A stretch of DNA of 64,000 nucleotides, taken from contig CDROCS010002749.1 in NCBI GenBank assembly GCA_977020255.1, positions 1 to 64,000 of the forward strand, in the 5' to 3' direction. The position numbers and the translations under genes were made by a program. The notes beneath the pieces are model-generated. The model saw only the letters and a list, made by a program, of their open reading frames with translations. It was not told where the DNA came from and did no database searches. Source of the DNA: Obrimoposthia wandeli (taxonomy: Eukaryota). Below are positions 1-10,101 of the stretch, piece after piece (position 1 is the first letter of the stretch; every line of letters starts with the position of its first letter).

Positions 1-855
1 CTCGGTAGCCGCGTTCCAGTTACGTATTGCTGATTCAGAAATTTCTGCAGCTTGAATTATATCAGACCCAAACAGAATCATTGCAAAGCGCGTGCCTGCA
101 AAGCGAATCGCCATTGAAGGCGCTTTGCATTGTGTGTTTAATAAATTAGCAATAAATAAAATTATTTTGTCGCCCATTTGCTGGCCATAAACTTCATTAA
201 AATCTTGAAAATTATCGAGTTCAAAGATTGAAATGCTCGCTAAAGTCCCTTCTGGTAATTGCACTAGCTGTTCGACTTCAGTTTCAAATACTTGACGATT
301 AAATAATTGTGTAACGGGGTCTACTCGAGGATCATTACGAATACTATTTAATTCGCTTTTTAGTGCTTCTATTTGTGATTGTGCTGCGCTAATTTGCGCT
401 TGAAAAGCAATATTTGATAGGCTAATACTATCGGTATTGTCTGACAGCGTTTCAATAATTTGCTCTTTGGAAATGTGGCTTTTTTCATTCCGCAGTTCAA
501 TTAAGCTTTGATCAAGCACTTCTTGAAATTCAGAGGCACATTTGCTGGCTGTTCCCGCTTGCTTATGTAGGTCATTTACAAGCTCAACAACTTTGGATTG
601 AAAAAGATCAGAATCTTCAATTTCATCTTTAATGAAATGCTCACGAAACATTTCTTCGCAGATTAAAGTAGGGCAGGTGCCGTAGGTATCTAACGCTTTT
701 TCGAGTTCGATATTTAGCTTTGGAACTCGCTTGGAAACATAGGTATACCATAATGCATAATTTAATGGATTAGGGGGTATTTTATGCTTCACCATGAGCG
801 GAATGGCCTGGCGTAAGTACTCAGCAGATTGTGTCGGTTTCTCCGCAAATTTCAT
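1..855 (-). CDS. GGDEF-domain protein (VdcA-like N-terminus) with degenerate active site; truncated by the window edge
   Basis: Not in the ORF track. Hand translation from ATG at 855 is open to position 1: MKFAEKPTQSAEYLRQAIPLMVKHKIPPNPLNYALWYTYVS...DPVTQLFNRQVF...FELDNFQDFNEVYGQQMGDKII...AIRFAGTRF. Confidence 0.85.
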   Translation of the reverse strand, partial: MKFAEKPTQSAEYLRQAIPLMVKHKIPPNPLNYALWYTYVSKRVPKLNIELEKALDTYGTCPTLICEEMFREHFIKDEIEDSDLFQSKVVELVNDLHKQAGTASKCASEFQEVLDQSLIELRNEKSHISKEQIIETLSDNTDSISLSNIAFQAQISAAQSQIEALKSELNSIRNDPRVDPVTQLFNRQVFETEVEQLVQLPEGTLASISIFELDNFQDFNEVYGQQMGDKIILFIANLLNTQCKAPSMAIRFAGTRFAMILFGSDIIQAAEISESAIRNWNAATE

Positions 856-1465
856 GTTTAGCTAAGTTATCCTCATCCAGATCGTTTATTGGTTAAAATA
901 GAATGTGCTAAGCCTGTGTGATGACCTTAAAAGCTAGCGATCTATTACTATATGCTTAATAATAAATGGTTTATTCGAGTCATCTAAAAACGTTATTAAT
1001 AATTATATCGTCATTGAAACAGGAAACTTAAGAAAAAATCGTATAAAAGTGAGTTTTTTTTAAAATCCGGAAAATTATAAATAAAATGTATCTAAAAAGA
1101 CACATAAATATTTGAACTGCGTGTAATATTAAGCAAAATGATGGGTAAATACGAGTTTGTTGGTTTATCATACATACAGGTGAGCTAAGTGTTATCAATC
1201 TCCGTACAGTTTAAAGTGGCTACTGGAGCTTTATTGAATAAGCATTTAGCTTTGAGTAAAGGAGGGCGTGACCACTCTTTGTATGGAAGAATCAATTTTA
1301 ATCCTGACCAAAAACAATCAAAAAACGTTACATATATAGGGATAAAATGAGTGCTATAAATGCTCGTTTTTTGAGCGTTAGCGCAAATTGAATATTGAAA
1401 AATGCGGAGAGGGTATTGCTACTTTGTTATATTGACCAGAGTTTAATAAAGCAAGGTTTCTTCGG

Positions 1466-1493
1466 TCTACCTCGTTAAATACAACGAGGTAGA
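1466..1493. terminator. 11-bp perfect hairpin just downstream of the DMT gene
   Basis: TCTACCTCGTT-aaatac-AACGAGGTAGA. There is no clear U-tract, so terminator function is uncertain. Confidence 0.45.
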
Positions 1494-1506
1494 TTGAACT
1501 TGATTG

Positions 1507-2382
1507 TTAATGAAGAGCCTGTTTTAAGCGTTTACGTTGGGCAATTTTAACACGTAACAGCGCATGGCATATCAAAGTGATGACAACCACGCTGCCCCCT
1601 TGAAGCGCTGCTGTGTTTGGCGCCACGTGTAAAAAAATCCAAATCCATATAGGGCCAATCACCGTTTCAAGTAACATCAGCATACCAACTTCGGCCGCTG
1701 GGATGCGCTTAGGCCCTAAAGTGATCAAAATAAATGCTAAGGGAACGATGAAGAAGCACAGCGCAGTGGTCCAAAACCATTGATTGCCGCTCAGCATAAT
1801 TGACTGTGTGGTGAATAAAGCAAAGCCAGACATGATAAACCCGCCGCCAATTAGGCTTGGCACCATAGAAAGTTTCTTTTCTGATCTATCGTTGACAAAT
1901 TTGCATGACAAAGCTAATCCGCATGCTAGCGCAAATAAATCTCCTTTTAAGTTAGGACTTTGCCATGAGTCGAGCATTACCCAAGTGATACCTAAGAGGC
2001 AAAATAGAATAGCAATCCAAGTAATGGGTGGTGATTTTTCTTTGAGAAAAACACGGGATAACAGTGCAGCAAATAAAGGTTGAACGCTAATGATGACTAA
2101 TGCATTGGCGACAGATGTTAGATTAATTGCCATCACAAAACAGATTGAGCTAACTCCAAAAAGGAGTGTAGATCGCAAATAGCACCAATCACTTCGAAAC
2201 AGTGCTTGCCCTGGATACTTGATTTTACAATAGATGGCGATAAACAGACTGAGCAAAATACCACGCCAAAATAGGATGACTGAGCTATCAGCATCTATTA
2301 AACGAATAAATAAAGCGTCAAAGCTGAGAATAATGGTGCCTAAGGCTGTTAAGAGAAAGCCTTTTAGATAATCATTTGTCAA
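1507..2382 (-). CDS. DMT/EamA family transporter
   Basis: 291 aa, about 10 hydrophobic segments, two EamA-like halves (LTSVANALVIISVQPLFAALLSRVFLKEK; IPAAEVGMLMLLETVIGPIW). Confidence 0.88.
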   Translation of the reverse strand: MTNDYLKGFLLTALGTIILSFDALFIRLIDADSSVILFWRGILLSLFIAIYCKIKYPGQALFRSDWCYLRSTLLFGVSSICFVMAINLTSVANALVIISVQPLFAALLSRVFLKEKSPPITWIAILFCLLGITWVMLDSWQSPNLKGDLFALACGLALSCKFVNDRSEKKLSMVPSLIGGGFIMSGFALFTTQSIMLSGNQWFWTTALCFFIVPLAFILITLGPKRIPAAEVGMLMLLETVIGPIWIWIFLHVAPNTAALQGGSVVVITLICHALLRVKIAQRKRLKQALH

Positions 2383-2729
2383 TGGGGTCCCCTGCTACAT
2401 TATTAATGGTTCTTTATATGTTAACAATTATGCTATTCAAGCTAAATCAGTCTGCTTTTTTAGTTATGTATTATTGCTTCAAAAAGCAGTGGCGATAGCT
2501 GGTTTTTATTAGTATTTGAAAACCAACAAAGCATTACCTACACCGTTTAATAGCAGCTAATCATAGCGTAATTTTAGAAATGAAATTTAGAGGTTCGTTT
2601 ATTATAATGCAATAATTATTTATTTGAATAGCCCTATAGACTGCAAAAAGACTCTTTATATTTTAATGTCGAGCAAACCAACATGATGTTGAATAATGAT
2701 AAAAATTCGCTAAACTTTTGAGCTATAAA

Positions 2730-2810
2730 CCAGAAATACCTATAGGATAGGTCCAGCCCGTAAGCCACGTACTTTGTACTGGTATCAATATAGATAAAGA
2801 TCTGGTTCTA
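2730..2810. promoter_or_regulatory. Symmetric array of four CTGG-core repeats; putative TauR operator for the divergent DMT/tpa promoters
   Basis: CCAG at 2730 and 2753 (minus-strand reads TCTGGTTTA and CTGGACCTA); CTGG at 2779 and 2802 (CTGGTATCA, TCTGGTTCTA). Each pair is 23 bp apart. Resembles the CTGGAC(T/C)TAA direct repeats I recall for Rhodobacter TauR. Confidence 0.6.
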
Positions 2811-2974
2811 ACTGCTGTTTTAGGTTCCGCTATAGCTTTAGGTAAATCAACAAAGTGATGGCGTGTTATTTTTAAAGCACTCATTATCTTTGCAACAAAT
2901 TAATAATGAGTGTGGGCGCTTTAAATCTGTTGTTGAAAGTGAACAAACTCACAAAGTAAAGCTTGGAGATAAAA

Positions 2975-4366
2975 ATGACAATAAACATAAATGAATATGA
3001 TGCAAAAGAAGTAGTCGCCAATGACCGTAAATACGTATGGCATCATTTATCTCAGCATAAGCCTTATGAAGAAGCAGATCCGATGGTTATCGTTAAAGGC
3101 AGTGGTATGCGCGTTTGGGATGCTAAAGGCAACGAATATCTAGATGCTGTTTCTGGTGCGGTATGGACAGTAAACGTCGGCTATGGCAGGACTGAAATTG
3201 CAGATGCAGTACGCGATCAGTTAGTAACAATGAATTATTTTGCACAGACAGCGGGAAATATTCCAGCGGCGCAGTTTGCAGAAAAGTTGATTGATAAGAT
3301 GCCGGGAATGAGCCGTGTTTATTATTCAAACTCTGGCTCTGAAGCGAACGAAAAAGTATTCAAAATGGTGCGCCAAATTGCTGCACGTAAAAATGGCGGT
3401 GTTAAGCATAAAATTTTATACCGTGAGCGTGATTACCATGGCACAACAATTACAGCATTGAGTGCGACTGGTCAGTTTGAGCGTAAAAATCAATATGGTC
3501 CCTTCACGCCAGGCTTTGTAGAAGTTCCTCATTGTTCAGAGTATCGCGCTCAAGAAGGTGCTGATTTAGAGAACTATGGCGTATGGGCTGCAAACCAAAT
3601 TGAAAAAGTAATTTTAGAAGAAGGACCAGAAACGGTAGGTGCATTGTGCCTAGAGCCAATCACAGCAGGGGGTGGTGTGATTGAGCCGCCTGCCGGCTAT
3701 TGGGATCGCGTACAAGAAATTTGTAAGCAATACGATATTCTTTTACACATCGATGAAGTTGTGTGTGGTTTAGGCCGTACCGGTACTTGGTTCGGTTACC
3801 AGCATTACGGCATCAAGCCTGATATGGTAACAATGGCTAAAGGTGTTGCTTCAGGTTATGCCGCTATCTCTTGTACAGTAACCACAGAAGCTGTATTTGA
3901 CATGTTCAAAGATCCAGAAGATGGCCGCATGGATTACTTCCGCGATATTTCAACCTTTGGCGGTTGTACAGCAGGCCCAGCGGCAGCATTGGCTAATATG
4001 AAAATCATCGAAGATGAAAATTTGTTAGAAAATGTGCAAGTACAAGGCGAGCATTTGATGAATCGTTTAAATGGCCTTAAAGACAAGTATGAAATTATCG
4101 GTGATGTACGTGGTAAAGGATTATTTGTCGGTTTCGAAATGGTTAAAGATCGCGTTAGCAAAGAGCCAGTAGAAGAAGGTATTGCGATGGCAATTGGTGC
4201 TCATTGCATGAAAAATGGCGTGATTATTGGGCGTACAAATCGCTCGTTCAGAGATCTAAACAACACGGTTTGTTTAAGCCCTGCATTGATCGCGACACAA
4301 GCAGATATTGATGCAATTGTTGATGCGATTGATAATGCAATGGCCGAAATTGTACCAAATAAATAA
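2975..4366 (+). CDS. tpa: Taurine:pyruvate aminotransferase (class III PLP aminotransferase)
   Basis: DRKYVWHHLSQHK N-terminus, LLHIDEVVCGLGRTG, PDMVTMAKG (PLP Lys). Clustered with tauR, xsc and pta. Start moved to ATG 2975 behind GGAG (2965-2968). Confidence 0.9.
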   Translation: MTININEYDAKEVVANDRKYVWHHLSQHKPYEEADPMVIVKGSGMRVWDAKGNEYLDAVSGAVWTVNVGYGRTEIADAVRDQLVTMNYFAQTAGNIPAAQFAEKLIDKMPGMSRVYYSNSGSEANEKVFKMVRQIAARKNGGVKHKILYRERDYHGTTITALSATGQFERKNQYGPFTPGFVEVPHCSEYRAQEGADLENYGVWAANQIEKVILEEGPETVGALCLEPITAGGGVIEPPAGYWDRVQEICKQYDILLHIDEVVCGLGRTGTWFGYQHYGIKPDMVTMAKGVASGYAAISCTVTTEAVFDMFKDPEDGRMDYFRDISTFGGCTAGPAAALANMKIIEDENLLENVQVQGEHLMNRLNGLKDKYEIIGDVRGKGLFVGFEMVKDRVSKEPVEEGIAMAIGAHCMKNGVIIGRTNRSFRDLNNTVCLSPALIATQADIDAIVDAIDNAMAEIVPNK

Positions 4367-4457
4367 CTCGTCGAGTTAATAGGCTTATTGTGAATAAATG
4401 TTAATAAACAAGTATTTGCTACAGTTGATTATACTTAATTAAGTTGAATGTCTGTTT

Positions 4458-4491
4458 AAAGCCAAATCTAGTCAAGCTAGGTTTGGCTTTT
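4458..4491 (+). terminator. Rho-independent terminator after tpa
   Basis: AAAGCCAAATCTAG-tcaag-CTAGGTTTGGCTTTT. Confidence 0.7.
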
Positions 4492-4852
4492 GTCGTTTTG
4501 AAAGGGCTAATTTGGTTGCAATAGTATCAGGTTTCCAAATTTGAACGGCCTAATCTAGATATTACTTATACTACAACGATGCAAGCTACGAAAATGATAG
4601 CAATTAAAATACGCTAAAGGGATAATTTTACCGAAAAAGATGCAGGCTATGGATGGCGTTCTTAGGTATAGTATACAACAGCACAAAAGCACGATTAAGT
4701 TGTAAAAGATTAAAAACAAATAAGAACTTATCAATAAATAACAAATGATAGTAAGGTTAGAAACATTTTTAACCTCCTGTCTAGAAGTGTGGTACGTGGC
4801 CTAAAGGTTGCGTATTAAGCAGCTTCGACCTATATCTATAAAGGCTATCTAA

Positions 4853-6328
4853 ATGTTTCAATTGTTTCATTTGACCCAAGGCAGTGGGGCTAGTTTACAG
4901 CAGCAATTGCGTGAACAAATCGCCGGGGCAATTTTAAATGGAAACGTTCCTTTAAATAAGGCATTACCTTCAAGTCGAAAATTATCCCAACAGTTAAAAG
5001 TGGCACGTAACACAGTCGTTATCGCTTATGAACATCTATTAGATGATGGTTATATAGTGGCAAAAGAACGCTGTGGTTATTTTGTTAATCCCGATATTCT
5101 CAGTGGCAAAGTTAAGTTAGATATTCCGGACCCTAACGATAACTCAGACGTGGAGGGAACATTACCTAACTGGCAGCAGCGTTTTAAACTAAAGCCAAGT
5201 GATCAATGTAACGTTATTAAACCAAGAGATTGGCAAACGTATGATTACCCATTTATTTATGGCCAGTTTGACAGCAGTATGTTTCCGATTGTTAATTGGC
5301 GAGAATGTTGTAAAGATGCTGTCAGTGCGCCCGCTATTAATAAATGGGCTGCGGATCGTTTTGATAAAGATGATTCACTACTAATAGAACAAATCCGCAC
5401 CCGCTTATTACCGCGTCGTGGTGTGTGGGCCAGCGCAGATGAAATTTTAGTAACAGTGGGAGCCCAGCAAGCGTTGTACATGCTGGTAAAATTGCTGATG
5501 GATAAAAACAGCACTATCGGATTAGAAGAGCCTGGTTATGTCGATATTCGCAATATTGCCAGTTTAAATCCGGCAAAAATAAAATCGATCCCTGTCGATA
5601 GTGATGGCATGTTGGTGGGTGAGCCGCTACAAGGTTGCGATCTAGTTTATACAACGCCTTCACACCAATGCCCTTCTACTGTGACGATGCCTTTAGCGAG
5701 ACGTTATGAGTTGTTAAAACAGGCAAGTGATGAAGATTTTATAATTGTTGAAGATGATTATGAAAGTGAAACTAATTTTAACGCTAATCCAACACCTGCG
5801 TTAAAGAGTTTAGATAAAAATGGTCGCGTGATCTATGTCGGTAGCTTATCTAAAACACTCGCGCCGGGACTACGCTTAGGGTACATTGTCGGCCCAGCAG
5901 AATTTATTAAAGAAGCACGTGCACTGCGTCGCCTTATGTTGCGCCACCCTGCTGCAAATAATCAGCGCTCTGTTGCGTTGTTTTTAGAACGTGGCTATCA
6001 CGATTCTTTAATTATGAACATCATGCGTAATTATCAAACCCGCTGGCGCGCAATGGATGAAGCATTGACTAAGTATTTGCCCGAATCTCATAACCAGCCG
6101 ACCTTTGGTGGTTCTTGCTATTGGGTAAAAGGGCCGGAGGGTTTAAATGCTAAAGAGCTACAAGAAATTGCCATTACAAAAAGCATTTTAATTGAAGCAG
6201 GCGAGATACACTTTCATCAAAAGCCGGCACCACAAAATTACTTTCGTTTAGGTTTTTCTTCAATATCTACTGATAAAATTGAGCCTGGCATTAAAGCTTT
6301 AGCAGAGCTTATCCGCGAGATAGCTTGA
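4853..6328 (+). CDS. tauR: GntR/MocR family PLP-dependent regulator (taurine regulator)
   Basis: N-terminal wHTH (LPSSRKLSQQLKVARNTVVIAYEHLLDDGY) plus aminotransferase-like domain (IVEDDYESE, SLSKTLAPGLRLGY). Lies between tpa and xsc. Confidence 0.88.
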   Translation: MFQLFHLTQGSGASLQQQLREQIAGAILNGNVPLNKALPSSRKLSQQLKVARNTVVIAYEHLLDDGYIVAKERCGYFVNPDILSGKVKLDIPDPNDNSDVEGTLPNWQQRFKLKPSDQCNVIKPRDWQTYDYPFIYGQFDSSMFPIVNWRECCKDAVSAPAINKWAADRFDKDDSLLIEQIRTRLLPRRGVWASADEILVTVGAQQALYMLVKLLMDKNSTIGLEEPGYVDIRNIASLNPAKIKSIPVDSDGMLVGEPLQGCDLVYTTPSHQCPSTVTMPLARRYELLKQASDEDFIIVEDDYESETNFNANPTPALKSLDKNGRVIYVGSLSKTLAPGLRLGYIVGPAEFIKEARALRRLMLRHPAANNQRSVALFLERGYHDSLIMNIMRNYQTRWRAMDEALTKYLPESHNQPTFGGSCYWVKGPEGLNAKELQEIAITKSILIEAGEIHFHQKPAPQNYFRLGFSSISTDKIEPGIKALAELIREIA

Positions 6329-6410
6329 TTTGGCGCCTCTTTTAGAAAAGTAGCTTGCTTGTATGAAGTTAGCTTCTAACACTGAAGAGCTTTTTTTCTT
6401 TAAATGGGAT

Positions 6411-6560
6411 CATTAATGTCCGGTTTGATTTTTGTTGTTCTTTAACTCATTGATTTCAGGTTAATCTCAAGTGCTATTTGACTATAAAAGTTCAATTATC
6501 TTTGCTAGAGAACCACAAATCAATGAGTAAAGAGCTTACACTTTTAACCGGACAGCAATG
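6411..6560. mobile_element. 150-bp MITE with IS4-type terminal inverted repeats
   Basis: Left end CATTAATGTCCGGTT and right end AACCGGACAGCAATG (13/15 match). Internal stem TAACTCATTGATTT...AAATCAATGAGTA. A diverged copy lies at 34019-34151, and the same IR ends the IS4 remnant at 19635. Confidence 0.75.
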
Positions 6561-6594
6561 AAATGTGGGAAAATAATTATCTTTTATAACGACT

Positions 6595-6635
6595 AAAAAA
6601 GCCTGTGTTGAGAGTCATCTCAGACAGGCTTTTTT
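6595..6635. terminator. Bidirectional rho-independent terminator after tauR
   Basis: AAAAAAGCCTGT-gtTGAGAgtcaTCTCAg-ACAGGCTTTTTT. Confidence 0.7.
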
Positions 6636-6758
6636 ATTGCTTATCTATTTGCTATTTAATATTACAATTCGACAGCGCCAGTTGTTAGCTAGCCACACCT
6701 TCGATATAGATCTAAAATGACAATGTGCAATTTTCTATAAATATCGATGCTAAGATAG

Positions 6759-6790
6759 CTGGCTTATCGAATACCCTAAATCTGGTTCTA
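6759..6790 (+). promoter_or_regulatory. Putative TauR direct-repeat site upstream of xsc
   Basis: CTGG at 6759 and 6782, 23 bp apart. The second copy, ATCTGGTTCTA, is identical to the copy upstream of tpa. Confidence 0.6.
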
Positions 6791-6928
6791 TGGTATTTTT
6801 TGACTAACCACTACTATCTTACTCAAGATGACGGATAGTTCAGTGAATCAAGCTTATTAACATCACTGACTATTCACTTAGTAATAAATCTGGCATAAGG
6901 CTCAGAAATAGAATAAGGAATGCTAATT

Positions 6929-8692
6929 ATGGCACGTATGACCCCGAGTGAAGCGTTTGTAGAAACGTTAGTTGCGAATAATGTAACAGATTGTTTTGGT
7001 ATAATGGGTTCTGCATTTATGGATGCAATGGACATTTTTACCCCAGCAGGCATTCGTCTGATCCCTGTTGTGCACGAGCAAGGCGCTGGTCACATGGCCG
7101 ATGGTTACGCTAGAGTTTCTGGCCGTCACGGTGTATGTATTGCACAAAACGGTCCTGGTATCACTAACTTCGTAACATCAATTGCTGCTGCATACTGGGC
7201 TCACTCTCCAGTTGTTTGTATTACGCCTGAAACGGGTACTAACAGCCAAGGCCTTGGTGGTTTCCAAGAAGCTGAGCAACTTCCGTTCTTCGAAACAATC
7301 ACTAAGTATCAAGTAAGTGTTGTAAACAATGCACGTATGGCTGAACTTACAGCGCGTTGTTTTGACCGTGCGATGCTAGAAAATGGTCCTACACAGCTTA
7401 ACATCCCACGTGATAACTTCTACGGCGATATCGATTGCGAAATCCCACAGCCTATCGTTATTGAACGTTCTGCTGGTGGCCCTAACGCGCTTAAAGAAGC
7501 CGCTGAAATGCTAGCTAACGCTGAGTTCCCAGTAATGGTTTCTGGTGGTGGTGTTGTAATGGGTGATGCTTTTGAACAAGCTATTGCTATTGCTGAACAG
7601 CTAGAAATGCCAGTTGTATGTAGTTACCTACACAATGACTCATTCCCAGCATCTCACCGTTTAGGTACGGGTTCTTTAGGTTATCAAGGTTCTAAAGCTT
7701 CAATGCGTGTTATCGCTAAAGCTGACGTAATCTTAGCACTAGGCACACGTCTTGGGCCTTTCGGTACTCTTCCACAGCACGGCATGGATTACTGGCCGAA
7801 AGACGCTAAAATCATCCAAGTTGATTGCGATGCTAAGATGCTAGGTCTTGTTAAAAAGATCTCTGTTGGTATCCACGGCGATGCAAAAGCAACGGCTGAA
7901 GCACTAATGGCATTGCTAGCTGACAAGTCACCTAAGTGTCTTGACAACAAAGCAGAGCGTTTAGCAATAGTTGCAGAAGAAAAGACAGCTTGGGAAACTG
8001 AGCTAACAGAGTGGATCCACGAGAAAGATGATTACTCTCTAGACATGATTGCAGAGCAAGCTGGCGAAGAAGGTAGTTACATGCACCCTCGTCAAGTGTT
8101 ACGTGCACTTGAAGAAGCAATGCCTGCTGATGTAATGGTTTCTACTGATATTGGTAACATCAACTCTGTTGCGAACAGCTACTTGCGTTTTGAGCGTCCT
8201 CGTTCATTCTTCGCACCTATGTCTTTCGGTAACTGTGGTTATGCACTTCCTACCATCATGGGTGCTAAAGTTGCTGCGCCTGAGCGTCCTGCTATCGCTT
8301 ACGCGGGTGACGGTGCTTGGGGTATGTCTATGATGGAAACTATGACCTGTGTACGTGAAGATATCCCTGTAACAGCAGTTGTTTTCCACAACCGTCAATG
8401 GGGTGCTGAGAAGAAGAACCAAGTAGAATTCTACAACCGTCGCTTCGTAGCGGGTGAGTTAGAGAACCAAAGCTTCGCTGGCATTGCTAAGGCAATGGGT
8501 GCTGAAGGGGTTGTTGTTGATAAGTTGGAAGATGTTGGTCCTGCACTTAAAGAAGCTATTCGCAAGCAAATGGAAGAGCGCATCACCACAGTAATCGAAG
8601 TTATGTGTACTCGTGAACTAGGCGATCCGTTCCGCCGTGATGCACTAGCTAAGCCTACTCGTCACCTAGATAAGTATAAAGATTTCGTTTAA
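6929..8692 (+). CDS. xsc: Sulfoacetaldehyde acetyltransferase (ThDP enzyme)
   Basis: MTPSEAFVETL, PVVHEQGAGHMADGYARVSGRHGVCIAQNGPGITN, ThDP motif GDGAWGMS...NRQWGAEKKNQVEFYNRRF. Start at ATG 6929 fits the RBS AAGGA at 6915-6919. Confidence 0.95.
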   Translation: MARMTPSEAFVETLVANNVTDCFGIMGSAFMDAMDIFTPAGIRLIPVVHEQGAGHMADGYARVSGRHGVCIAQNGPGITNFVTSIAAAYWAHSPVVCITPETGTNSQGLGGFQEAEQLPFFETITKYQVSVVNNARMAELTARCFDRAMLENGPTQLNIPRDNFYGDIDCEIPQPIVIERSAGGPNALKEAAEMLANAEFPVMVSGGGVVMGDAFEQAIAIAEQLEMPVVCSYLHNDSFPASHRLGTGSLGYQGSKASMRVIAKADVILALGTRLGPFGTLPQHGMDYWPKDAKIIQVDCDAKMLGLVKKISVGIHGDAKATAEALMALLADKSPKCLDNKAERLAIVAEEKTAWETELTEWIHEKDDYSLDMIAEQAGEEGSYMHPRQVLRALEEAMPADVMVSTDIGNINSVANSYLRFERPRSFFAPMSFGNCGYALPTIMGAKVAAPERPAIAYAGDGAWGMSMMETMTCVREDIPVTAVVFHNRQWGAEKKNQVEFYNRRFVAGELENQSFAGIAKAMGAEGVVVDKLEDVGPALKEAIRKQMEERITTVIEVMCTRELGDPFRRDALAKPTRHLDKYKDFV

Positions 8693-8716
8693 TCGATAAG
8701 TCTTTGCGTTAAATAT

Positions 8717-8760
8717 AAAAGCTCAACTTGGAGAAATCTAAGTTGAGCTTTTTACTTTTT
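8717..8760 (+). terminator. Strong rho-independent terminator between xsc and pta
   Basis: AAAAGCTCAACTTGGA-GAAA-TCTAAGTTGAGCTTTT followed by T-rich sequence; GNRA tetraloop. Confidence 0.75.
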
Positions 8761-8905
8761 ACTCCAAAAAATATCAATAGTAATGAAATATATTTAAACT
8801 GTGTTTTTAGTAAATGTAGCTTAAATATATTTTAATAAAAGTGTAGGGCCTTGAGCTTGAGCTTTAATTTCACCTAATACGATTCAGTTTTAAGGAAAGC
8901 GTAAA

Positions 8906-9901
8906 ATGAAAGCTTTGAACAATATTTTTAAACGCGCCGGCGAAGCACCTAAACATATTGTGCTCGCAGAAGGCGAAGATCCACGTATCATTACTGCTGC
9001 TGTGCAAAGTGTGGCTAAAGGCATTGCGAAAATCACCCTGCTAGGGGGTGAAGAGCGCATTGCAAGAGAAGCAAAAAGGCTAAATGTAGCGTTAGATAAC
9101 ATTGCCATTATTGACCCTAAAACCGCTGACAACAAACAGCAATATGCACAAGCTTTGTATGAATTACGCAAAAAGAAAGGTTTAACTGAAGCGCAAGCTT
9201 TTGATTTTACTGATCATCCGCTGTATTACGCCCAATTAATGGTGCATTTAGGCGATGCCGATGGGTCTGTTGCAGGCGCTGTGTACACCACCGGCGATAC
9301 GGTACGTACAGCGCTACAAATTATTGGAAAAGCTGAAAACAGCGCGATTGTTTCAAGCTTCTTTTTAATGATGCTTTGTGAGCCATTTCACGATATGCAA
9401 GGCGGCGTTATTTTCTCGGACTGTGCACTAATTATTGATCCCGATGAAGAGCAGTTAGCAGAAATCGCTTTAAGTGCGGCTAACAGCGCCACCATGCTAT
9501 TACAAGAGCCTGCAAGAGTAGCTATGCTTTCATTCTCTACTAATGGCAGTGCTAAGCACCCAGCGGTAGATAAAGTGGTGAATGCCACAGCAATAGTGAG
9601 AGAGCGTAATCCATGTTTGATGGTGGATGGCGATGTGCAACTTGATGCGGCAATTGTGCCAAAAATTTCTGAGAGCAAAGTCAACCATTCACAAGTGAAC
9701 GGGCGCGCTAACGTATTGGTATTCCCGTCACTAGAAGCAGGTAACATCGGCTATAAATTAGCAGAACGTATTGGTAAAGCTGAAGCAATAGGGCCAATCT
9801 TACAAGGCTTAAAGAAGCCTGCAAATGATCTATCAAGAGGGTGCAGTGCGAGTGATGTGCTAAATGTTATTGCCATTACTGTAGTACAAGCGCAAGCATA
9901 A
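8906..9901 (+). CDS. pta: Phosphate acetyltransferase
   Basis: [68 protein letters not shown]. Confidence 0.93.
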   Translation: MKALNNIFKRAGEAPKHIVLAEGEDPRIITAAVQSVAKGIAKITLLGGEERIAREAKRLNVALDNIAIIDPKTADNKQQYAQALYELRKKKGLTEAQAFDFTDHPLYYAQLMVHLGDADGSVAGAVYTTGDTVRTALQIIGKAENSAIVSSFFLMMLCEPFHDMQGGVIFSDCALIIDPDEEQLAEIALSAANSATMLLQEPARVAMLSFSTNGSAKHPAVDKVVNATAIVRERNPCLMVDGDVQLDAAIVPKISESKVNHSQVNGRANVLVFPSLEAGNIGYKLAERIGKAEAIGPILQGLKKPANDLSRGCSASDVLNVIAITVVQAQA

Positions 9902-10101
9902 ACGTTTTTAAAATCCCCACAAAAAGCAGCAAAGCGAATTTGTGCTCACTTTGTTGCTTTCTAGCCTTCTTTGTCACTGTTGTTGTTTTTCTATTTGGTC
10001 CCTCAGCTCTCAAACTCTAAAATTTATAGCTCAAAGTTATTCCTGTTATATCAATACAGACCCATACCTCAGTAAGTATAGATCGAATAACAATACTGTG
10101 T

